From: Callorhinchus milii
Taxonomy: Eukaryota
Reading direction: 5' to 3'
Assembly: GCF_018977255.1 (NCBI RefSeq)
Contig: NW_024704743.1
Coordinates: forward strand, 25,794,001-25,858,000
DNA length: 64,000 nt
In this document: positions 24,513 through 37,946 of the stretch, one piece after another
How the letters are laid out: each line of letters starts with the position of its first letter
How positions within the stretch are numbered: the first letter of the stretch is position 1
Made by a program: the position numbers and the translations under genes
The notes under the pieces: model-generated
Database searches by the model: none
The model's input: the letters and a program-made list of their open reading frames with translations, nothing else
What the model was told of the DNA's origin: nothing

Positions 24513-26334
24513 GACGAGAAGCTTTGGCTGAGATTCCCATTGATCTCATAGCCTGCTGCAAAAGCCCTAATTGGGTGAGGAACCAGAGGTACCTGTATCC
24601 CAGCATGACGTAACACCTTTTGGACAGGAGAGAAGAAAATCAGCCAGGATTATCTTTAATAAAGTGCCACCTACCTAAATTTAACTGATCAAAATTCCCA
24701 TAAATAAGAAATTATACAATAAAAACCCTGAAAGCCGTGTGCACTTTATCGCATAAATGTTTTATGAAAAATTTGAACCCACTTCCAAGAGGAGAAAAGA
24801 TTTTGCGTTTCTGCTATTCCAGTTTACTACTTTTTAAAAAAAATACAAAGCCAGGTAGATTTATGCATTGAATAAAATCCTGACTTTACGAAAGGAACAC
24901 TTACTTTCTCCCTTTCTAATACAGATTCCCTGAGCCCTGTGCACTTCTGATTCCGAGGTAGCCCGCTATGTAGTGATCCTGAGCTTTATATTCAAAAACA
25001 GACCGCACAAAATCTCAATAAAAATGAAAATCTCTTTAGAAGGATTTCTAAACAAACAGCCTTTTTCCTACCAAAACATATTGCCATCGCCCTTTGACCC
25101 TTGACTTTGGCACACCAACCGCTGAGCCCATTCCTTCCACCACAATGCCCCGACTCAAAAGGCTGTGAGGTATTTAAGGGGCGTCAGGCTTCAAACCCAC
25201 TGCTGCAAAAGGTTTCAAAGCAATAGCTTTGGCTGGAAAATGAAATGCCTTTTTATGGTTTCTAAGAGAGGAAAATGAAAGCTTGCAAAATAAATTTCAC
25301 TGCTCCAGAGTTGAGAGGGAGTTCCAGATTCAGAACACACAGACTGGGAAGACAGGCAGTTTCACATTGGGCAATGGTAACTTAGTTATAGGAATATTGA
25401 CTTCTATGCACCATTGCGCAATGTGAAACTCGTCAGGGTGTGAACACATAGTGGGTTCCTTGGGTTGAAATACATTGAGCCTTTGTTCCAGTCGAGCTCT
25501 CCACATTTGCTCTGCAGGATGGATACCCCAACACAAGCTGTAACACAAACAACTGCATGTGTCTGGATCCCAACTGTCCCCACGCTGCAAATTTGTGACA
25601 CAGTCTACACAGCATATCTCAATGTATCCAGCTGAAAAACAGGTTCATTGCTGGTTGAAGTCTGACAAGTTATGCGTGCCTTTTCGATGGGATTTTTCTC
25701 TTTAGTAAGAAGCAGAGGTAGGCCAATAATTGGCCAGTAACTCACTACAGAAGTGGGCCTAGTTTCTCCAATTTTACCGATGAAAATGGCCTCTCGGAGT
25801 CGATCTTCAGCCTGTGAATGCTGTGAATGTTTCCCCTCCCCTTTCATAACACATTCCACAGAGCCACAGAAATCATCAACACAGGAGGAAACCATTTGAC
25901 CTATTGTATTGGTTTTGGCGTTTGCTCCTTCAGTGAAGCCATCTATCCTAATCTCAATTCCCTGTACCCTCCAAAACCATTCCTCCATATGTGCTTATGT
26001 GGATTCCCTTTTAACTGCCCCCAGAAAACTCTGCTCCAAATGCTCCAAACCCTCGCATATTGTGCCAGATTCTGATACACTGCTTAGAGAGAAAAAAATA
26101 TCTTCCTAACTTCACACTTCATGTCCTCAAATCACCGACCAGCAGAAATAGTACTTTACTATTTATTCAAGGCTCCCTCACTGAACACTTTCGCAGTACC
26201 AATTCTCCTGGGGTAAAAAGCAGCCAGCGCCTGCGAAACAAAATTTCATGCCTGTCACTCACGAGCAAAGTGCGAATTAACTGCAAAAACCCATAACCAT
26301 TTCTCTTGGGTCAGCAGTCAAGTGCCAGTTTCCA

Positions 26335-26670
26335 GTTTACTTTTATGGGCTTTCCATGACACTATTTGAAGAGAAAAGTTTCTCCCAGTGTCTATGGCTA
26401 ACAATCCTTCATTCACTTTATGACTGTTTGGAGGGACCTTGCTAAGTGCAAAGGCCTGCAGTGTTTCCTTGTAAAAACAGTCACTACACTTCACAGTAAT
26501 TAATGCTTTGATACGATTTGACATAATAAAGGTCTACAAAAATGCAAATTCTTTCTAAATGAAGGATGGCACCTCGATATAGCAGAGCACTCTCTCCACT
26601 GTACTGGAGTGTCAGCCTAGATTGTGACCTGAAGTCCCGATACAGCACTTGAACCCATACCTTCCAGATA
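26335..26670. mobile_element. SINE family A fragments (plus-strand body 26350-26560 followed by a minus-strand head 26560-26670)
   Basis: ccatgacactatttgaagag...aaaaatgcaaattctttct, then ctctccactgtactggagtgtcagcctag...cttgaacccatacctt. Confidence 0.65.
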
Positions 26671-27364
26671 TAGGGCAAGCAATGGGAACCAAATCATAAT
26701 CACAATAATGATAGAGTAACTTATCGCGTTGTCAAGATGCCTCAAAGAACTTCATAAGCTGTACTGTAAAATTTGTGTGACTATATTTTGTGGTCAAACC
26801 AGGCAGAGAGTCAAGTCAGTATGTTGACACAAACATATTTGAAATGTGTGTATGTGTAGGGGTGGCGGGGAGGGGAAGAGAAGAGCTAGACATCGCTAGA
26901 TCATCCATCTGTTCAACCATATTTTAAAAATGGTCATTTAATTCTTATAATGGAAGAGATGTTATTCCCATTCAAACAAGCAGATTGATATCATTTACTC
27001 GGTGTGAAATTATGCAGACAATAATTCGATACCTGGGAGTGATTAAGGAATTCATCGTCTCAGAGGTTCATAGGCTACAAGAAGAAAACGTCTGAAATTT
27101 GAATTGAAATTCCAAACCGGTAATAACTCATTAATTTGGTAAATATATTGCTGAACTGGATGTTAAGCGTAACCTTTTCTGTTAGAGAAATGTGTTGGTA
27201 TGAGCAATGGTATATACATCCTTGCTCTCTCCACCCACCCCACCCTCCAAAAAATAACCATGACCAATATTGGTCACTTAGACAAAAAAAATCAAGAATG
27301 GGAAATAATCTTCTCCCCCGTGAGGGAACCTAAAAACACAGATCGCAATCTCATTGAAATCTTT

Positions 27365-27711
27365 TATTTTGGTCATCTGACGCACCCGGAAACTCATTAC
27401 TATTAGAGTACCCAAAACAGAAGAGTTCTACATATGTACGTCACCTACACTTGGAAATGTTGCTGAGTCTGGAAGGGAATGTGCACTCTCTCCCTGGTAG
27501 GATGCACCCTGCTTACCTAATTCCGAGCGCATAAGGCATAGGTTGGCAAGAGTGAAGGCTTAGCGACTACCAGTGTCTGCGGTCCGGTAGTCTAGAGTTC
27601 AACCAGCTAAAACTGAATGGCTTGCCATTGAGACTACTGTCTGGCAAGCTTCCTGGTACTTGTCCTGCTAGGATCACGCTAACTGTTTAGGACTTTGTTT
27701 GGCAGGGTTAA
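27365..27711 (-). mobile_element. Degenerate dispersed repeat beginning TTAA-CCCT (piggyBac-like non-autonomous family); other copies at about 14231-14300, 29838-30170, 32790-33060, 36750-37092 (+) and 38430-38580 (-)
   Basis: Shared blocks aatggcaag..ttcagttttagctg, gaattaggtaa.cagg.tgcatcc..ccaggga.agagtg, atttcca.gtgtaggtg and cagctgacc.aaaa. TTAACCCT at the same end in three copies (14231, 27704-27711 reversed, 36750). Confidence 0.6.
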
Positions 27712-28004
27712 CAGGTACTAAATGGGAAGAATCCCTGCCCCCAGTAACCGGGTAAATACATTTTGCCCCCTCAATTCTTGCTGACAAGTCCGGGTCAGGC
27801 TGACTGTCCTGTCATTAGCAGTGTCCAGGAGTACTGCAGATTCACCTGGCTCAGGAACCGAACTACCAAAACCATCACAGAGGGTTGACAAAAGCGGCAA
27901 CTAGTGAATATATTGTGCTGACCAGCTGAAACTTTGCTTGGACATTAGCTTTATGGTAATCAAAATGGAGATAATTAACAAACAATATTAATAATAAACC
28001 TATT

Positions 28005-28355
28005 GTGTATTGGTTAGAGCACTTGTCTCACAACCGAGAGGACCTGGGTTCAATTTTCGTTCAGGGAGAAACCTTAGGCAAGTTTCCTTACCTCTGTTTA
28101 CCTAGCAGTAATTAGGAACCCGGTTGTTAGTCGATTGGTGTATCACTTTTACGGGGGTAATAATCTCTCAAAAAATAATAATGTGACTCAATCTACGATT
28201 ATTTGTGGGACACTGCTGTACGCAATTGGCTACTGCATTTCACTCACAAAATATACATTCAATTTTCTTTACAGTATATTTTGTGAAGTGCTTTGAGACA
28301 TCTCAAAGATATAATAGGACACAATATCAAAATGCAAGGATTATAATTATTATTG
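28005..28355 (+). mobile_element. SINE family B, near full length
   Basis: tggttagagcacttgtctcacaa...ctgggttcaatt...ggcaagtttccttac...aaatgcaagg(att)n. Confidence 0.85.
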
Positions 28356-31300
28356 CATTTGATGACTATGCCTACCACGTCAAGATATCTAGTGTGAGGC
28401 TTGCAAATCAGATTTGAAAATATGTATTTGTGAAAAGCAGTATTCAAAGATATTTGCTCGCATTTCCCAATAGGGAGAGAATGCTCAAAAGTTTGTTTCT
28501 CATGCACACAGGGTTCACTTTTGAAAATAAATTACAAAATTGTAAACATTCCTATTCCTTCCTTGAAAATAGAAAGCCCTGGGGAATGGTCAGGAAGTAG
28601 GCAGCTCTGCTGGTCTTCAGCTTTTTCGTCATTCCTTGAGAGCAACTGATATACCAATACCCAGTAAACAAACATTCAGTGCTGAGGGGGTTGTAAAACT
28701 GTAACTGATTAAACCATTAAACCATTACAGAAATGCCTACATCACAGGCTAGTGCTGGAATGGTATCTTTTAACTTGTGTAATTATCTCTTCAAAAGCTG
28801 AGCTACCCATGACTGATTTAATTTGATGCAGCCTTTAAAATGCTTCATACTTCACACACCAGCAAAAGAAAATAGTGCTTGGACTACACACACACATCAC
28901 ACGCAGTATGTGTGGTCTATTGCTTAACATTCTATTGCAATGAACTAGTCTGAATAATTTTAAATAAAATTACTTAGCTAGCATTCTTTAGCATCTGGAG
29001 AACCTATGTGCAGGAAGGTAGGTGTGTGTGCGAAGGAGAGAAGGGAAGCTACCCTAACTCACATCCAATGCTGCTGAAACACTTATTCACACCTTTGTGC
29101 CCTCCCACTTAGATGTAGCTAACATACTTCTTGCTGGTCTCGCTTGCAGCACCGCCATTCATAAGTTCCAAGAGCTAGCGAGAGAGCAAGAGGGTGCATA
29201 GGTTCAAAGAGAACAGTTAAGTGATGCTTCAAGGCGAAAAGGTACCAAACGCTGAATATTTGATTTGTTAACCCATTTAATGTACAGTACTTAAAATACA
29301 GTAAATGCTCTTGATATGACTTCCTACTAATTAGTTCAGACTCCATTATCATAGCCCAGAAAATTCAAGCTCCACTCAAACACTTCTCTTAATTCCTTAA
29401 GGGAAAGAAATTGGGAATTAGGTGAATACAGAGCTTTGCCCCTCTGTAGCCAGTTCTGTCTAATACTGTGTATTCACTACGAGTTAGTCTCCAGAGACAA
29501 CTAATATTATAAAATGGCCAGTTTTCTAGGCTCTGCATCTACTAAGACCCTTGTTTTGAGATAAATCTCTAACCACCATCACTCAACCGGTGAAATATTT
29601 GATAAGCTATCTGCTGTAGAGCTCAACCAATGGAGGACAACAGCACAGACTGGAGCTATTCACCTCCATCTGGAAGGAATACTTCCCACTCAGCTCCTGG
29701 TCACCCCGCAAGACCTTCTTATTTGACCACACTTCCTACCATTTTTTGCTTCTCCTCTAACTCCCAGCTTGGGTGCAAACCTTGGACTGTCCAATGCCTT
29801 GGGAGGTCCCCCCAATGTGAAAGGCACTAAATAAATGTAAGCCAAAGCTCTAATAGACAATCTATTTGTACAAACAAGAGGAAGTGCTCCAAGACACTAC
29901 TCCATGTAGTACATAAGATCAAGTTGTTGTTGAAACTCACCAATGCTTGGAATGGCAAGTTGCGTGGTTTTAGCTATGTCAATTCCAGTAATACCTGAAC
30001 ATTAACTCTTGGGGTACCAAAGCTTTGGTTCTTGCCAATCTTTGCCTGAACTATCATTCCAGGAAGAGAGTGCACATTCCATTCCAGACCAAGGGACATT
30101 TCCACCTGTAGGTGGCGTACATATGTGGAGCTTTCAGTCTGGTTTGATGTTCCTAAACATGGGAATAGGTGTCTGCACCATCATCACCATCCTGTGATTA
30201 CAAAAGAAGTCCTTAGATATCTGTACAGAAACTAACAATTTGATAATTCACTCACTGATATTCATGCTTCAATACAGATAAATGGGAATTCATTTATTAT
30301 TACGGTCGATGCCCCTTTTATGGGAGGGGGAGAAAGGGGTCAGACATACAAGTCTCTCGTACATGCACCACCCATCCTCTTGATGACCATCACCTATTAA
30401 CAATTCAGAGGTCTTTGTGGGAGCTGGTGCAAAAACATTATATCTTCGAAACACAACGGAAAAAAGCCAAGCTGAACCACAGCTTACAATATAATGAGGT
30501 AGGACTGTGTTTGATATGCTGCATGAAAAGAAATGTCAACAATCCAACCACATGGCAGGTTAAATTATTCAGTTAAACAGTGAACTTTATTTTGGTTCAG
30601 CCCAACCAATAACTGAGTTAAATCCAATTACTTCTACAATGCCTTGAGCTAATTGCACAGCTCCATAATGCAGGGCGGCAACATCGACAGACTTGACCTA
30701 AGAGACTAAACATGGCAATGGGTGGTTTAAAGTAACATTAGCGATCACAACTATTTCAACCAAGGCTCCAGTAGTTCATAGCAGTTAATGTTGTTAGACA
30801 TAATATATGACATTAGCTTTACAGCTTCCATATGGGCCAGTAATCTGGTCTGTGGAAAATCACCTTCAAACTTGGGGTAGGTGCAACAAACACCCCAAAA
30901 ACAATTATACGTTTCTCGTCATGTCCGGCAAGATTTTGCACACTGTGCATGGCAGACTTTTTTTTCAATTACCTATCTTGGAATTAGGATTTATTCAGGG
31001 AAAATACACCTGTCTTTGGATTTGAGGTGGTGCTGGGGGTTTAAGTTTTTTTCTAAACAGAGGTAAAGTTGCGATTCTACAACATTGGCGCCTCCTTGCA
31101 GTCACTTACACAATTCACCCCCAAGATGAACCTGAACCTGCAAGTTAGAACCTCTGACCCACTCAGCAACAGGTCAGGTTATAAAGCGGGCAACAGCTGG
31201 TACTTCCATGCCGTTACTGTTGACATCACCGCACCATGCTGCAAGCAGGAAGCTGGCAAATGTTCTGAGGAGTGCCTGATTTCTCCCCCTCTTCCCCACC

Positions 31301-31767
31301 CTCCAAGGGGAGCGCACTGTAGTCCATTCAACTCCAGCTATCCATCTACGCAAACCAAACAATGAAAGTGGAATTGCCCGTTTAGCTACATTTTGTTTTG
31401 CAGTTTGCACTGTACATTTTGACTCTGTATGTAAAGTTAATCAGGAGAATAAATTGAAACCGTGAATGACTGTCACAACAATAAATCTGTGCCTGAGAGG
31501 AAGTGTCCTTGTTCTTCATTAGGACACTGGGAATATATGATCTTCACATCCCCCCGCTCACACACACACACAGCACTGCAGTGTCATGAGTTCAAAGTTC
31601 CCATGTGGAGCTTGAACCCACAAACCTGTCTCACAAGTGAAAGTGCCACCAACCAGGTCACGGCTTATCCTCTAAAAGAGATATTGATGCCTTTGTAAAA
31701 TTGCGGAATCTGGCATTGATCAGCCTCAAGCACCATCAGACATGAAAGCCCTGTGTTCGTCACTTAC

Positions 31768-31828
31768 CCTCTAGGGGGCACTGGTCATCAAGGAACTGCC
31801 CTCCTTTCAGTTCTCCATTCAGCAGCTC
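31768..31828 (-). CDS. NKD2: NKD2 exon (exon 4 equivalent, 61 nt): ELLNGELKGGQFLDDQCPLE
   Basis: ttgtttctgcag acceptor and GG|gtaagt donor; phase 0 to phase 1. Matches human ELPNGDPKEGPFREDQCPLQ. Confidence 0.93.
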
Positions 31829-32439
31829 CTGCAGAAACAAGACAAGGAAGAAATATGAGTCAATAGAAAAGGACCGCAGAACATTTGAGATGAAACAAGG
31901 ATTGGGCCCCATTAACCAACTGACTGCTGTGGAGAAATGCAAACGGTTTCACCCAAAACATGAGCCTTGGATGAATAGCACAGAGAAAGAAAGGATAGGT
32001 TTAGGATGAGCCAGGATTGAGAGGAGAAACCTACTCCCATTTTGCTTTAAATTATATTATGTATAAAAAATGGAATTATTGTATTGATAAGAACAGGCAG
32101 GCAATTTCATTAAAATGGTTTATTTCCAGGTTTCAACGCACTGCCTTTACTCGCTGGTTCCTTTCACAACTCATTCAGTTGCCAGGAAAGTGAGAGTCCC
32201 TGATTATCATCTCCAGAGCTGCTTGCAATGTCGCTACCTATCACTGTTTATGGTGTTTATAGATATCTCTCCCCCAAACCCCACCCCCCCCCCACACACA
32301 CACAAACCTATTCAAGCCAAATACAACAATTCTTGTTACATCATGTACCATCCCTAGAAAGGCAAGGTATAACAACTTGATCCACAAAAATGCTCATGGT
32401 ATCCTGTATAGATCCTTCCATTATGCTGTAGGCAGATGT

Positions 32440-32800
32440 CAATCAAATACTTAATGAACAAATTCAGGCTTGGGACAATAGCTACTGAAAGGCATTACCA
32501 GATTTCTGAACACGTACTCATATATCGATGGCTCAGTACCATATTTGAGTGGTATGCAGAGAGTTACGCAATTGTTGCTCAAACTCCTCAACTCAAACTG
32601 GTGGAAACATCGCTCATTGGGAAGGGATGTGTGTCCGAGCTCTGGGTCTCTGTGATCTGGTTCTTCAGCCAGGCTTCACTGTGCTTCAGGGCATTGTTGA
32701 TGAAAGACCAGCCAACCTGGCTCGTCAGCAGGACATGAAAGAGCAGAACAGTCAGTGGGAGCAGGGATTCTTCCCACTTGGCTTCCATTAACTCTATAAG
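32440..32800 (-). mobile_element. Second fossil copy of the transposase-like sequence seen at 11430-11875
   Basis: Reverse complement encodes ELGHTSLPNERCFHQFELR (core at 32592-32636). Confidence 0.5.
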
Positions 32801-35800
32801 CAAAGTTCTGCCAGATAGAGTGGTCCTAGCTGGACAAGCAGGACAAGGCTTGCCAGGCAGTACCATAACACACACTCTGGGGTCCTCAGGTCTTGCCTGT
32901 CAAATCCTTGGAATTAGAGAACAGGGTGTGTATTTCATTCCAGATGCAATGAAAATTTCCATGTGTAGGTGGGTTCCATTGTGGAACTCTGGTGAGTCTG
33001 GTTTAGAAACTCTTAAGCATAGTGATGGCTATGTATCATATACTCAGCTGACCCAAAAAATAGGTAGAGTTGAGATCACCATGACCAGGGAGTAAGGTGT
33101 AGTTGCACCACGCAAGAGACAGTGATCATCTGCACTGGATACACACCAGAGCAAATGAGCATGTGCTGGCAGCAGAGATGCCGTTACATTGAGACGCTAT
33201 GGCAGGAGGAACGTAACAAGCTTGTGCATTTTTACAAGAGCCGGAACACGTGGCATAATTTACTCTCTACGTGTGTTCTTGGGAGTTTCCACCTCCGCAA
33301 ACCCCAATTTCAAAATCTCTTTCATAAAATTAAGACGACTTTGAAGACGTCGCTCAGTTCAGATATTTTGGACGGTTTTACTTAAGAAATTGCGACTTAC
33401 TAGCTCCAATCGATTATTCTTGCCTGGGGAACAGCACCATCCAGTGAAATCAGAAACCCCATAATCTCCCTATCCGCCCTTTAATGGGGCTCGCAGTCCC
33501 TCAGCAGCGTGGAGGCTCATTTCATTTAATTTCAACTTGAGCAAATTATTAGGGCTCTCTCTTTCCCTTGCCAGGCAGGAGCAGGCGCCTAAGTCTCCTG
33601 TCATCCTCTCTTCCTCTGATCGCGCTGGATTGTTGCTGTTGCTGCTATAGGGGAGGGGGTTGGTGGGGGGGGTGCGGAGGAAGTCTCGTGGGCAGAGCAA
33701 GGCAAAAGCAACCTCTTCTACCCTCTTCCAAGCAGCTGTCAATAATCAGCAACCCCAGCAGGAGAGATCTGCTAGGAACCTTTGTTTAATAATCCGAATA
33801 CCAGCTTCCTTCACTTTCATTTCTCTTGGTGCCCACGAGGGAATTTCAATATTATTATTTTTTTTTTGGGGGGGGGGGTTGTGGGTTTTTACAAAAATTT
33901 ACCAAAAGGCTTCATTTAAAAAGGTTGCCCCGCTATTGCTCCACAAGTGTCCAAAGTGCCCTGCATCTTCTTTCGGATAAATGCACCAGACACACATATA
34001 CATTTTTGACATGAAAACGCAAGATTAAAAAGTAATTGAAAAAAAGCTTCAGCCTCCAACTTCAAAATATAAAGATAATAATCATTGCATTTGATATAGT
34101 GCCTTATTCATGATGCAGAGATGTCTAAAAGCGCTTTACAGAATATATTGTAAAGTGAATTTAAGATGTGTATTTTATGGGCGAAATGAAAAACAAGAGC
34201 CCAGTTCAGTCATCGACTGGATTCATTGGTCGATAAATTCTTAGGGACTTGTAAGAGGTTAACAGCAAATCTGAAACAAAAAAGGGTAGAATTTGGCATT
34301 TGGGAAAGTTAGGGCTGAGCGCATTCTGGCAATTAGAAAATATGTACGGCTTGTGGAATTCCTGGGAAAGTTGTTCCCTGGACTGGATAACAGCACTGGA
34401 TAAACCATTAGATGAAAGTAATAGGCGGTAGGACACTTCAAGCTGCACCTGTGGTCGTACCTCATTACTTGTAAAAAAGACCCATGAACACAAGAGCAGC
34501 CTGTTGCGGGGACTGAACCCACAACCTCCTAACTCAGAAGCTAGTTTCCAAATGAGGCAGGATAACACCAAGATTCTGTGTAAGGAAGCCTTGATGGCTT
34601 TGAAAATAACCTCTGCTGCATGTGTGTATATGTATTAAAATAAACTACACAGACATATAAACTATATGACAGATCCTATGTGCAGCAGCATTGAAGTAAA
34701 CCTAGAATGGAAACAAATTTGACCACCTTATAATGTTGTAGGGATGTCCTGAACACATTTGTGCTCTTTTTGTTCAAACAAACTACAAAAGTACAACTTA
34801 AAGCTCTTTTTCAAAAAGATTGCTTTCTCAAAATTCCTCTCAGGGGAAGAGAGGGAACAGGGGTCAATAGGTGGGGGGGGGGGTTCAGGAGAAAGATAAA
34901 GACCGAAGACATTCTCCTTCCTGTTCTGTTGCCTCCTCCTTCTGTGCCCCTCTCCCTATGCCTTCCTCTCTGTTCTTCCCCGCACTCTGATATAACCAGC
35001 TCAATGTACATCGATGATCACGAGGTGCAGAGTGTCTGCCATGTGCAAAAACATCACTTTGAATAAAAATAAACAACTTTCATAAAGGTCTAAAATTAAA
35101 TTTTTTGAAGGAAATGCATAGTTGAACCCTAATACTACATTTTTTATGCTGTTTTTTAAAAAAATGTTTCCATTTTAGGATTGCTATAATGCCAAGCATC
35201 TTTGCACTCAACCATTTCCAGCCTTTCAAGTGGCATTGGGTTACACAGGGGCTTTCATCACTAGAAAAAAATAGGCCAGGTGACATCAGCCAGAGCTCCA
35301 GAATGGTTCCTAACAGCAGCAAATCTGCCTCTTTTTGGAAAGGAAAAAGAAAAGAGCTAAGAGAAACACTAGAGAGCTTTGTATAAGACTTCCTGTCTCA
35401 CAGTGCAACACAGAAATACCAGTCTATCAGAAACATGGCCTTTAGCTGCTCATTTCAGTCAGTGGATCCACAAAGACTTTTACCAAAGATTTTCAACAAT
35501 GAGCAAAAATCTGAGAAGAAAGGGAAGATAGATGCAGTGGATCTAGTGCATGCAGTGGATGCAGTGGAGAGCCCAGAATCTTTGTACACAGTATTACAGA
35601 GCTCCATTAAAACTTATTCTGCTTTACTTCGAATATGATCCCAGATCAAGTTTATTTTGGGGGGAAAAGGAAAAGAGAGGAAAGACAAGTTGTGACCTAA
35701 GCCCTTTCAATAGGGTAGCTGTACATCTGCCTGGAGCAGCACATGAATGTTTTAAATTTTACGAGTGGCTGTGGTACGGTTTGACAGAATGTAAAGCTAA

Positions 35801-36235
35801 AGATTTTTTGTGTGGTTAAAACTTAATTTATTTGCTGAAATGTCAGTGGAACATAATGCTAAAGGTTAACTTTTGCCACGGAACATTAATTAAATGCTGA
35901 CATATTAATGCTTGGGTTGATTAAGAGAAACAATTTGCATGTTAAGCGTGGATTTATTAAAAGGACAAATGCAACTCCTTGTTATCTTCATGCAACTCCT
36001 CGCTATCCTCCTTGGGGAGGGGAGGTAGGCGGGGTCTTCTTGGAGCTGAATTGGATCTGAGGTGACATGTTTGGCAAGTTTGAACTGAGTCCACCCTCTG
36101 TTACCGTCTCGGTAGTCCAGTTCCTGAGCCAGGTACTCCAGGGCACTGCTGATGACAGCACAGCCAGCCGGGCTCATCAGCAGGATTTGGAAGGGCAGAC
36201 CAGTTACTGGGGCAGGAACTCTTCCCACTCAGGTG

Positions 36236-36745
36236 AACAACAACAACTTGCATTTATATAGCGTCCCTCACGCAGGTTAGCATCCCAGAGCGCTTGACAG
36301 TGGCTGAGCACGATGCCGAGCTGGGGGAGGAGGTGACCGTAGCCACGGTCGAAGAGGAAGGTTTTCAGGCACCGATCTGAAAATGAGGAAGGAAGGGGCA
36401 AGGCGGAAGGATAGAGGAAGAGTATTCCAGAGTTTCGGAACAAAGTGGTTGAAAGCGCGGTCGCCAATGTTGGAACAGAGGGCACGAGGGACATGCAGAA
36501 GGCCGGAGCCAGTCGAGCGGAGGCAGCTAGTTGTGGGTTGGGGATAAGCAGGTTGGAATGAAGCCTGGCAAGGACTGGTGTGATGAGGTATGGAGTCTAA
36601 TGCAGGTGAATATGCGAGTGATGGAGTTCTGAATCAGCTGGTTCGTGTGCATGGTGGAGTTGGGGAGACCAGTGAAGAGGGCATTTGAAAAGTTGAGTCA
36701 GGAGATGATGAACACATGAACGAGTGTTTCGGCTGCATCTGGGGA
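36236..36745 (-). mobile_element. L2 LINE 3' fragment
   Basis: (caa)n cttgcatttatatagcg tail; reverse strand encodes LKTFLFDR and ETLVHVFIIS.LNFSNALF, homologous to 17180-17774. Confidence 0.85.
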
Positions 36746-37587
36746 CTTGTTAACCCTACAAGCCAAAGCCCTAATGGGTACAATGCTTCCAGCTGGCCAC
36801 GTAGTGAAAAATCTTGCTAGACAGTACTGTCAATGGCAAGCTGTTCAGTTTTAGCTGATTAGACTTCAATGGACATTCTGGGGTCCCTCAGCTTTGCCTC
36901 TTGTTAATCTGCATCCAATACTCTCCTGAATTAGGTAAACAGGATGCATCCATCCAGGGAAAGAGTGTGCTTTTAAACATCTCTGGAATTTCCATGTATA
37001 GGTGGGATGAATGGGGAACTCTGTTTGATTTGGATACTCCTAGGCATGGTGATGGGTTTCCACATGTGTCGGGCTCCCAGCTGACCAAAAAANTTCAACT
37101 GGGCAAAGGTCTCTTTGGTGTGATATGCAAGATAAAATGAGATGATGGAAAATGTGGTGAGAGGCAAAACAGTGAGTGAGGCTATCATGCTGAAAATAGC
37201 GTTTTCCAGGATATTCTCCTTTCTTCACCTACCCCGCTCCACCAAAAAAAACACCAAATATGCTTGACAAATGCTTTTCCAGAATACTTCAGGAAAATGA
37301 TATCAGCACAGTTGAATAAAGTATATGCTCTGTTTTTGTGCTACCTGGGCTTGACCGGCAACCACTACAACTGACCAGTCAGATCATTTACAAAGCCCGG
37401 CATCAAACCCTCAAGTTACATGAACAACGAGTAAACATCACCGTATTCTACTTAACAGTGAACAAAAGTTCAGAACACTGAAAGAAATCGGATTTGGCCA
37501 AATTATTTGTAATGGTTATTCAAAAGACTTAAAAAAAACTTATTTCTGGATCAAGGTTTTACACGAGGGATACGCAGATAATATATC

Positions 37588-37946
37588 ATAATAATACTTG
37601 CATTTGATATAACGTCTTATCACGTCGTTGAGCTATCTCAAAGAGCTTGACAGAATATACTGTAAAGTGGATAGACTGTATTTTGTGGGCGAAACATATC
37701 AGCCAATTGCGCACAGCAGTGTCCCTCAAACAGTCGCAGATTGAGTGACCACATTTTTTTGTGGGATGGAGGGATTATTACCCACAGAAAGCGATCTGCC
37801 AATCAACTAACAACCGGTTTCCTCCTTACTACTCAGTAAATAGAGGAGTATGAAGTAAGGAAACTTGCCTAAGGTTTCGTCCTGCCCGGGAATCGAACTC
37901 TCTCACTTGCAAGGCGAGTGTTCTGACCACTAAGCTACAGGACTCC
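37588..37946 (-). mobile_element. SINE family B, full length, with Pol III A and B boxes
   Basis: 5' GGAGTCCTGTAGCTTAGTGGTCAGAACACTCGCC (A box), GAGTTCGATTCCC (B box), Deu-like body and (att)n tail. Confidence 0.9.

Noticed and set aside
2080..31828. Calling the gene NKD1
   Set aside because: DMSSLMHTIYEVVDASVN, VSPEP, DENTERR, RRSQVL, HSPLKA and the 61-nt ELxNG..K.G.F..DQCPL exon are NKD2-type.
37880..37946. tRNA-like sequences with A/B boxes (also 43929, 54916, 59170-59224)
   Set aside because: They are SINE heads continuous with SINE bodies and tails, not stand-alone tRNA genes.
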